Positions 21,438 through 29,700 of a DNA stretch of 32,000 nucleotides are shown here, in pieces. The notes below the pieces were generated by a model. That model did no database searches. It saw only the letters and a program-made list of their open reading frames with translations, and was not told the origin of the DNA. Where the stretch lies: assembly GCF_000619845.1 (NCBI RefSeq), contig NZ_JHUX01000003.1, positions 60,001 through 92,000 on the forward strand, read 5' to 3'. The position numbers and the translations under genes were made by a program. This DNA comes from Alkanindiges illinoisensis DSM 15370 (GTDB taxonomy: Bacteria; Pseudomonadota; Gammaproteobacteria; Pseudomonadales; Moraxellaceae). The first letter of the stretch is position 1; each line of letters starts with the position of its first letter.

Positions 21438-22160
21438 TTACATCGTTTTTAAACGGCGAATAATATCGTCATATTGCTGAATGACCTGTTGCTGGCGCTC
21501 ATTAATGGCCTGAATGTTTTGCTGGGCTTCCAATACATTCTTCTTATTGTCTGTAATGCTTTTTTGCAGCATTGCCGGTACAGGCTTGCTTTGACGCTCA
21601 TAGGTTGCAGCCTGGGCAATATCCTTGCTCAGCATGCGTTGCAAACCAGCGAGCTGGGTTTGTAGGTAGCTCTTGCGTGAAGCCATATCGGCCAGCATTT
21701 GATTACGCTTGGCAACCGCTTGGGTTGCCGAACCATAGGTCCTGCGCAGGTTCATATCAGCCTGACGCTTGGCAGCTTCAGCATCACGCTTGGCCTTTTG
21801 GCGGGCATAGCTTTCTGTTGAATAGGGAGGAACCCGCTTGATCACCTGCATATTGCGGTCAAGCGCTTCATAGCCATATTTCAGGTGCTGATCGGTAATG
21901 GTACTGCTTAGGCTTGGCTGGCCACTACCATTATAATAACGATACCAGCGAATAATGGGCTGAGGGTTATTAGCGCCGGATGAGTAGCTTGAGTAATCAT
22001 AGGCATCAGCAAAGACAGGGGTTGCATAGAAGGACGTCATACAGGCGAGCATGCTGTTAATCACAGCAACTCGAACAGAGGCCATATTTGTTTTCAGCAG
22101 TGATGACGCATTGCAAAAAGACTGGCTCATATCCGTATCCTGATTAGAGAATGAGTACAT
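21438..22160 (-). CDS. Hypothetical secreted protein with a C-terminal coiled-coil
   Basis: The ATG at 22160 has the RBS AGGAAG 5 nt upstream. Signal-like segment ...MLACMTSFYATPVFA|DAYDY. The C-terminal half is rich in K/R/Q/A heptad-like sequence. It is divergent from pilG. Confidence 0.6.
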   Translation of the reverse strand: MYSFSNQDTDMSQSFCNASSLLKTNMASVRVAVINSMLACMTSFYATPVFADAYDYSSYSSGANNPQPIIRWYRYYNGSGQPSLSSTITDQHLKYGYEALDRNMQVIKRVPPYSTESYARQKAKRDAEAAKRQADMNLRRTYGSATQAVAKRNQMLADMASRKSYLQTQLAGLQRMLSKDIAQAATYERQSKPVPAMLQKSITDNKKNVLEAQQNIQAINERQQQVIQQYDDIIRRLKTM

Positions 22161-22335
22161 TCTAACTTCCTGTCTACCATTGTAGAAAAGCACTTTAATA
22201 AGGGCAACGACTTTTCAATGAAATTAAAAACGCATTTCTGTCCATTTAATGTCTTAATAGGTATAAAACTGATTATTACAACATCTAAATACAAAAAATA
22301 GTGAACCTATGGTTCAAACCCTGGCATTTCTGCAT

Positions 22336-22351
22336 TGGCAAAACTGCTGCA
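22336..22351 (+). promoter_or_regulatory. Candidate sigma54 (-24/-12) promoter upstream of pilG
   Basis: TGGCAAAACTGCTGCA against the consensus TGGCACG-N4-TTGCA. The GG and GC dinucleotides have exact consensus spacing. It lies 98 nt upstream of the pilG ATG. Confidence 0.3.
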
Positions 22352-22448
22352 GGTATGCTAAAAAGTGAGTAGCAAATGGGGGAAGCAAGTGATGGTGAAT
22401 AAACACCCATATAACTTGCGCTCAAGATAACACGGGAAGACGAAACCA

Positions 22449-22832
22449 ATGGAAGAAAATTTTTCTGGCTTAAAGGTAATGGTAATTGACGATTCTAAAA
22501 CGATTCGTAGAACTGCTGAAACACTGCTGCAAAAAGTAGGCTGTACCGTATTTACAGCAGTTGATGGCTTTGATGCACTGGCCAAGATTGCCGATTCAAA
22601 TCCTGATATTATCTTTGTGGATATCATGATGCCGCGTCTTGATGGCTACCAGACCTGCGCCCTGATTAAAAATAATCAGACCTTCCAAAAGACTCCTGTC
22701 ATCATGCTCTCCAGTAAGGATGGCCTGTTTGATAAGGCAAAAGGCCGAATTGTTGGCTCAGATGAATATCTGACAAAACCATTTAGTAAAGAAGAATTAT
22801 TTAGTGCCATTCGCCAGCACGTCAATATTTAA
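22449..22832 (+). CDS. pilG: Twitching-motility CheY-like response regulator PilG
   Basis: 127-aa single receiver domain (VMVIDDS...DIMMPRLDG...LTKPF). It is the first gene of a pilGHIJK-chpA-ordered cluster. Confidence 0.9.
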   Translation: MEENFSGLKVMVIDDSKTIRRTAETLLQKVGCTVFTAVDGFDALAKIADSNPDIIFVDIMMPRLDGYQTCALIKNNQTFQKTPVIMLSSKDGLFDKAKGRIVGSDEYLTKPFSKEELFSAIRQHVNI

Positions 22833-22843
22833 GGAGCAGCAGG

Positions 22844-23212
22844 ATGGCTCGTATTTTAGTAATTGATGATTCTCCAACTGAAACTTACCGGTTTCGCGAG
22901 ATTCTGCAACGTAACGGACATGAAGTGCTTGAGGCAGCTAACGGTGCTGATGGCATTAGCGTAGCACGTGCCGAATTGCCAGACTTGATCCTGATGGATG
23001 TGGTTATGCCTGGCATTAACGGCTTTCAAGCGACACGACAACTGACTCGTGGTGCGGAAACCAAGCATATCCCGATTGTTATTGTCAGTACCAAGGATCA
23101 GGAAACTGACCGGGTATGGGGAAAAAGACAGGGTGCACGTGATTACCTGACCAAACCAATTGAAGAAACTTCCCTGATAAGAGTTATTCATCAACTTCTC
23201 TCGGCAGTTTAA
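22844..23212 (+). CDS. pilH: Twitching-motility CheY-like response regulator PilH
   Basis: 122-aa receiver domain (ILVIDDS...MDVVMPGING...LTKP). Second position in the cluster. Confidence 0.9.
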   Translation: MARILVIDDSPTETYRFREILQRNGHEVLEAANGADGISVARAELPDLILMDVVMPGINGFQATRQLTRGAETKHIPIVIVSTKDQETDRVWGKRQGARDYLTKPIEETSLIRVIHQLLSAV

Positions 23213-23214
23213 TC

Positions 23215-23742
23215 ATGGCAGCCCGTGGATTTATTGAGCTTTTGCGCCTGGCCGACTATGGACGGCAACGGCAACAGGGTGGGCAGGAAAACCAGAATAC
23301 CCGCTGGTCAGGCATTGCCTTTCGATTCGCAGGCTATCAGTTTGTAGCACCACTGGGCGAGGTAGCTGAAGTTGTACCGGTTCCCGGTAGTACCACCATC
23401 CCAAGTGCAAAAAGCTGGATGCGTGGTTTAGCCAATGTGCGCGGACGTTTACTTCCCCTGACAGACCTTGCAATGTTTCTGGACTTGCCAGAAACCGAAA
23501 TTACCAGACTGAGCAAAGTGATGATTATTGATCGGCCCAACAATTATGGGGGCATTATTGTTGATCAGGTCATGGGGATCCATCACTTTAACAAGCACAG
23601 TTATTTTAGTTCAAATGCGCAGTTGCCGGATGCACTGGCGCAGTACACCAGCGGCTATTTCGAACGTCATGGACAGCAATGGCATGTTTTTTTATTTAGT
23701 AAGCTTATACAGGATCAGGCTTATTTGAATGCTTCTGCCTAA
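23215..23742 (+). CDS. pilI: CheW-like coupling protein PilI
   Basis: 175 aa. CheW-like core (…VAPLGEVAEVV…GLANVRGRLLPLTDL…). It starts 2 bp after the pilH stop. Confidence 0.85.
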   Translation: MAARGFIELLRLADYGRQRQQGGQENQNTRWSGIAFRFAGYQFVAPLGEVAEVVPVPGSTTIPSAKSWMRGLANVRGRLLPLTDLAMFLDLPETEITRLSKVMIIDRPNNYGGIIVDQVMGIHHFNKHSYFSSNAQLPDALAQYTSGYFERHGQQWHVFLFSKLIQDQAYLNASA

Positions 23743-23789
23743 TAAAAGTTTATGGGGTCGGAGAGATAAAGAATTAGGGAGTTTTGGGA

Positions 23790-25883
23790 ATGAGTTTAAA
23801 ATTGGGCGAGAAAAAGATGCCTTTTTCGTTGCGGGGTGGCAATACGGGAACACCAAAGTGGCTTAAATATATTCAAGCCTACTGGGATACCACGGCCTCT
23901 ATTTTTGGTGACCCAAAACAAGCTAAGCCTTTATTGTGGCTGGGAATGGCGGGCCTGATTGTTACGCTGATCTCCATGGTTTACCTATTTGTCAATGTAC
24001 CCAATGCCAATAACCTAACACGTGACATCGGTGAATTACGCCTGCTATCACAGCAGATTTCCCGTTATGCCACTGAAGCTGCAGTGTCTGGTAATGTCAA
24101 GGCAGCGCAGAACCTTAAAGTGTCTCAGGATGAGTTTAACGAGCGCCTGTCAGACGTGCATGATATTTATGGCACAAGCTCTGCATCTATTCAGGAAGTG
24201 GATAAGCAGTGGGGTAGCATCAATGACGGTGTCACCCTGATTTTATCGCAGCAGGAAACTGTTAACTCTCTCAATGATATTGGCACCAGTATTGCTGAAG
24301 CAATTCCTGATGTTCAGGCTGAATATAATGTCGTTGTTGATGGTCTGGTCCGGGAAAATGCACCCAATAGTCAGGTTGCACTTGCTAAAAACCAGGTTTG
24401 GCTGGCAGAGCGTATTTTACGTTCGGTAAACTCGGTATTAACGGGTGATGAAGCTTCTGTGGCGTCTGCTGATGACTTTAGTACTGACGCTGAAGATTTT
24501 GGACGTTATCTAAATGGCCAGTTGCGTGGTGATGCAGAGTTGGGGGTTGAGCGTATTACCAACGCTTCCCTGCGTAGTTCCCTGCAATCTATTCAGGAAA
24601 CCTATAACGATGTTATTCAGATCGCTGCATCCAAGGTTTTGGTGAACTCACCGAAAATTACCCAGGTGCGTAATGCGGCAGGACAGGTATTTACCCAGTC
24701 TGACAGCATGCTGAAAAAACTGGATGGACTGTCTGATAGTGTAAATGCCCGTTATAACAACTTTATTCCCGGATTTATTCTTCTGTTGTCACTGGGTCTA
24801 ATTGCTTATGCCCTGAACCGCTTGTTTAGCTTGCGTTCAAGAATTGACCTTGACCGTGCTCACAAGATTCAGGAAGAAAACGATCAGAACCAGACTGCGA
24901 TTTTACGCTTACTGGATGAGCTGGGTGACCTGGCTGAAGGTGATTTAACCACCAATGCCACTGTATCTGAAGATTTTACCGGGGCGATTGCAGACTCGAT
25001 TAACTTTGCGATTGACCAGTTACGTACGCTGGTATCGCGTATTAATTCGACGTCTGCACAGGTAGCAGACTATTCGCAGGAAACCCAGTCGATTGCCATG
25101 CAACTTGCAGATGCATCCGAACATCAGGCTCAGGAAATTGCAGGAGCTTCTGCGGCAATCAATGAAATGGCCGTATCTATTGACCAGGTATCTGCCAATG
25201 CGATGGAATCTGCGGCTGTAGCAGAACGTTCGGTAGACATTGCCTATACAGGTGCTGATGTGGTACAGCGCACCATTGAAGGTATGGATGTTATTCGTGA
25301 ACAGATTCAGGAAACGTCCAAGCGTATTAAACGTCTGGGTGAATCCTCACAGGAAATTGGTGACATTGTATCGCTGATTAACGACATTGCTGACCAAACC
25401 AACATTCTGGCATTGAACGCTGCAATTCAGGCGTCGATGGCGGGTGAGGCGGGTCGTGGTTTTGCGGTGGTAGCTGATGAAGTACAGCGCCTTGCTGAAC
25501 GTTCTGCGGCAGCAACCAAGCAGATTGAAGGCCTGGTTAAAACCATTCAAAGTGATACCAATGAAGCGGTTATTTCCATGGAACAAACCACGAGTGAGGT
25601 TGTTCGTGGTGCGCACCTAGCTAAGGACGCAGGTATTGCACTTGATCAGGTGCAAACTGTATCGCGTACATTGGCAGACTTGATTCAGAACATTTCTGAT
25701 GCAGCACGTCAGCAGGCAGCCTCAGCAGGTCATATTTCAAATACCATGAATATTATTCATGATATTACAACCCAAACCACGACAGGTACGATCAACACTG
25801 CTAAGTCGGTGGGTGATCTGGCTGAAATGGCTGTTGAGTTGCGTGCTTCTGTTTCTGACTTCAAGTTACCAGAAGATCATTAA
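23790..25883 (+). CDS. pilJ: Methyl-accepting chemotaxis protein PilJ
   Basis: Highly conserved MCP signalling hairpin [40 protein letters not shown]. Two TM segments flank a large periplasmic domain. The ATG at 23790 has GGGAG upstream; the track start at 23784 is a TTG. Confidence 0.93.
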   Translation: MSLKLGEKKMPFSLRGGNTGTPKWLKYIQAYWDTTASIFGDPKQAKPLLWLGMAGLIVTLISMVYLFVNVPNANNLTRDIGELRLLSQQISRYATEAAVSGNVKAAQNLKVSQDEFNERLSDVHDIYGTSSASIQEVDKQWGSINDGVTLILSQQETVNSLNDIGTSIAEAIPDVQAEYNVVVDGLVRENAPNSQVALAKNQVWLAERILRSVNSVLTGDEASVASADDFSTDAEDFGRYLNGQLRGDAELGVERITNASLRSSLQSIQETYNDVIQIAASKVLVNSPKITQVRNAAGQVFTQSDSMLKKLDGLSDSVNARYNNFIPGFILLLSLGLIAYALNRLFSLRSRIDLDRAHKIQEENDQNQTAILRLLDELGDLAEGDLTTNATVSEDFTGAIADSINFAIDQLRTLVSRINSTSAQVADYSQETQSIAMQLADASEHQAQEIAGASAAINEMAVSIDQVSANAMESAAVAERSVDIAYTGADVVQRTIEGMDVIREQIQETSKRIKRLGESSQEIGDIVSLINDIADQTNILALNAAIQASMAGEAGRGFAVVADEVQRLAERSAAATKQIEGLVKTIQSDTNEAVISMEQTTSEVVRGAHLAKDAGIALDQVQTVSRTLADLIQNISDAARQQAASAGHISNTMNIIHDITTQTTTGTINTAKSVGDLAEMAVELRASVSDFKLPEDH

Positions 25884-25908
25884 GACTTGTTTGTTTGAGA
25901 GTGTCGTC

Positions 25909-26724
25909 ATGGATGAATTGGCACAAGATGGCTTTAAGTCTTTAATGGGTAATGAGCTGGCTACATTGTGGCGCTCACTGATTGAGTCGCGTATTGGCAT
26001 GGTGTTGCCAGCGCGACAGCATCAGCTGTTCGAGCAACGCATTGTTAAAAACATGGCTCAATATGCATTGGATGCAATCAGCTATTATCAACTGGTTTGC
26101 AAAGACAAGGCAGAATGGCAACGTCTGGCTGAGTCTTTAGTTGTACATGAAACCTCTTTTTTTCGTCACTCCCCCTCTTTTGAGCTGGTTGAGCAGTACC
26201 TGGTTAAAGCCAATAAAATTGTCAAACTGTGGAGTGTCGGCTGTTCCACAGGGGAAGAAGCGTGGTCGCTGGCCATGCTTGGTGATCGGTTTGCCATGTA
26301 TGGTTATGAAGTGCTAGCCACCGATATAAGTCAGCAGGTATTACTGACTGCTAAAGAAGGGGTTTATCTGGCACGCAAGGCCGAACAAATTCCAGCCCGT
26401 TTTCGTTCTAACTATGGTTCTGCGCTAGGCCAGCATTATTGGCAAATTGCAGAACATTTAAAGTCAAAAGTTTTTTTTCGGCAGTTTAACCTGATGAATG
26501 TGGTTGGATTGCCGTTTAGAAAACTGGACATTATCTACTGCCAAAACGTTTTGATTTATTTTAAGAAATTTGACCGTCGTGATATCTTGAATGCCTTGGT
26601 CAAGTGTCTGGATATTGGTGGGATACTGGTATTGGGTCCTGGTGAAGTACTTGAGTGGCGTCACCCGCAATTGAAAAAAATTGAATGGTCAGGGACGCTG
26701 GCATATGAAAAAGTTTGCATCTGA
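25909..26724 (+). CDS. pilK: CheR-like MCP methyltransferase PilK
   Basis: An ATG at 25909 gives MDELAQDGF.... CheR motifs are ETSFFRH, the SAM-binding LWSVGCSTGEEAWSLAM and CQNVLIYF. The upstream extension to 25759 in the track overlaps pilJ in another frame. Confidence 0.85.
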   Translation: MDELAQDGFKSLMGNELATLWRSLIESRIGMVLPARQHQLFEQRIVKNMAQYALDAISYYQLVCKDKAEWQRLAESLVVHETSFFRHSPSFELVEQYLVKANKIVKLWSVGCSTGEEAWSLAMLGDRFAMYGYEVLATDISQQVLLTAKEGVYLARKAEQIPARFRSNYGSALGQHYWQIAEHLKSKVFFRQFNLMNVVGLPFRKLDIIYCQNVLIYFKKFDRRDILNALVKCLDIGGILVLGPGEVLEWRHPQLKKIEWSGTLAYEKVCI

Positions 26725-29700
26725 ATTGGATAATATGAGCACTTCGCACAAAGAAACCACACAGCAATCTGCCATGGCATTAGGCTGGGTCATTGATTCA
26801 CTAGAAGAAACGCTGCAAAACGCCCAGGATATCGTTCAGACTGCCAAGCAAGCTGTACAATTAACAGAGGCTGCGGAGTTACTGCATCAGGTCAGTGGTA
26901 CTCTCACCATGACTGAATTGCTTGATCCACTCATTTTATCCGAGAGCCTTGAGCAACTGGCAGAAGCCATAGCAGCCAATAGTATTGATTTTAGCCAGCA
27001 ACTGGTTTTATTGGGTGGAATTCAAACCTTAAGCCGCGAACTCAAGCTGTTGCATCAAACCAAACGTTTGCAGCCGTTAAATATTTATCGCACTGTTAAA
27101 GAAATTCGTTCGTTATTACAGGCACAAAAGCTGTCGACCAGCACCGCCTATCCAAAACTTGATTATAATTTATTGGTTGAACCCAATCAGGTGCAGTCAG
27201 TTTTAGATGACGATACGTGGAAAAAAACAACATTAATTTATCGTCACTTGCTCAATGAATTTTTATTAAATCCAAAGCAGCAGGATAATCTTGAAAATCT
27301 GGTCAAGGTTGCCCGTTTTTTTGCAGCAGGTGCCAATAATCTGCAAAATGCAGCGCTATGGCAAGTCTTAACCCGTCTGCATCAGGCCATGTATGAAGGT
27401 AAAGTTGATTTAAGCTCAATTGCCTTAAAGCATAGCTTGGTACGTTTAGAGCGTATGCTGGCTCAGGAACAGTATGATGAAAGCATGCTGTTTGAATTAT
27501 TGGAGCTGTTTGAACAGTTTAATCTTGAGCATGAATTTGCCTTGCATCAGCAGGCCATAAATGCCGCAATGGATGACCGCAGTATTACCTCGCCATTGGT
27601 ACTGGACAAGATTCTGGCACTGGTTCAGGACGCGCGGGCTAAACTGTCACAACCTGCCAAACTGGACAATATGCAGGTTAAGCGCTTATTGTCTGAAGCT
27701 GTACGCTTACTGGAACTTACGGGCTGGCGTGATATTAGTACAGGACTTGAACAGCTCACTCAGCAGTTCAATAACACTGGGCGCTTGCAAACCGCAGAGT
27801 TGCTGGATCATTTAAATGATATTGAGCAGCAGCTGAATCATCTGGTACAGGCATTTGAAACCCAGTCCAATAGCGCAACGCAGCTCAATGACCAGAAAAT
27901 TATTAGTGATGCGCATAATGCTGTAGTGCGTGAGTCCAGAGTAGCTCTGGAATCCATTAAAAATCAGTTTTTTAATTATAGTTCTTCAAAACGTGATGCC
28001 GAGTTGCTTAAAGATTTACCGCAACGTTTTAATGAGCTAAAAGGCATTTTTGTCCTGTTAAATTTGAATCGGGCAGCGTCACTGGTTAACCAGTTAGTTG
28101 AAACTCTGAACCAGACTTTACTGCAAAACCAGTATACGACCAGTCGCGGGCAAATTGATCTGATTGCACAGGTAATTGCTTCACTGGAATATTATCTGGA
28201 TCAGTTGGCCGCACATTTCCATGATGAGAAAGTGCTGGACAAGCTGGAACAGGTCTTGCAGCAGGTTTCTTCCTCGCAGGAAGATACTTCGGTTGAACCC
28301 GTAGGCGGCGAAAAAATATTTCACGATCAAACTCCACTGGAGTTACTGTCATCAATAGAAGGGGAAGCAATGTCTAAGCCCTCACAGGAACAGTCCAAGC
28401 CTGTTGTTAAGCCTCAGGTTCCACAGGCCTATTTTGATATCACATTGCCGGAAGATGATTTTTCCGAAGACGATGATATTCGTGAAATTTTTGTTGAGGA
28501 AGCGACTGAGGTGCTGGAAAGCCTGCAGGAAAACTTTCCAAAATGGTCTGCCCAGCCACAGGACTTTGCCACCCTTAAGGAAGTTCGCCGCTCATTTCAT
28601 ACCCTGAAAGGTTCGGGCCGTATGGTCGGGGCCAAGGCCTCAGGTGAACTGGCTTGGTCTATTGAAAATATGCTCAACCGGGTGCTGGATAACACCATTG
28701 AAGTGACACCGGTCATGATTGAGCTGATTTCAACCGTGTTGTCAATTTATCCTGAACTGGTAGAGAATTTTGCAGCCAAACAGGAAATTGCTATTGAGTT
28801 GCGCGCTTATATTGCCGTTGCTAACTTGTTAAGCAAGGGACAGTCCGTTACCGCTGACCAGTTGCCCTGGACACAGGCGGAAACTGCGCTTGCCGAAGCA
28901 CAAGCGGAAACTGCTAAAGATACTGAAATTGCTGAAAATCAGGCTGATGCCATTGAACCTACAGTATTGGCGTCAGTGAATGAAGATATGATGGCAGACC
29001 AGGAAGGTCTGAATATTTTTGTTGAGGAAGCCGAAGAACATATTGATGCACTGCATGCCTTTATTGCTGATGAAGATGCACATGAAGAAGTGCCAGATCA
29101 TGTTATTCGGGCGCTGCATACCCTGCGCGGTAGTGCGGCCATGTCTCATGTGGATTCCATTTATCGTTTGGCGGGTGCACTGGAAGAAGAGTTTAAACGT
29201 CTTATCCGCATGCATTTGCCTGTTTCAGCCACGCATATTGGCTTTTTAGAGCGGTTTGTACAATGTGTGGGAAGCCATCTGGAGGCGCTGGAAAGTGGTC
29301 AGACTCTAGAACTGGAAGCACATGATCTGGAATTAATTGAACAGGTTAATCAGGTTACCCAGCAGGCTGCTCAGGAAGAAAGTGAAGCCATTGCAGGTGG
29401 TGCACCCTCTAATGCGGGCATTGTATCGCAACTGTTGACTTTGCCACTGAATGAACTTCTGGATGCAGAGTATGAACTGGAAGAGCATTTGGGCAGTGCA
29501 GATATTAAAGACTATCTAAACACCCTGACTGAGCAAAGCCAGCAATTGCATGCCGCTGCGCTGGCCACACCGATTACTCCGTTACAGCAACTTACCCAGT
29601 ATCTGGCCAATGTTTATTACAAGCTAAAAGATGTTCCGCCCAAAGCAATTGAACAAAATCATGTTGAATGTCTGTTAAGTGCCCATTATGCCCTGACGGA

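Noticed and set aside
22322-22335. A second TGGCA...GCA pair (CTGGCATTTCTGCATT) just upstream of the sigma54 candidate
   Set aside because: The GG-to-GC spacing is 3 nt too short for a -24/-12 promoter.
25759-25908. 50-codon N-terminal extension of pilK given in the ORF track
   Set aside because: It overlaps the last 125 nt of pilJ in another frame and encodes a hydrophobic, non-CheR-like sequence. The ATG at 25909 gives a normal CheR N-terminus.
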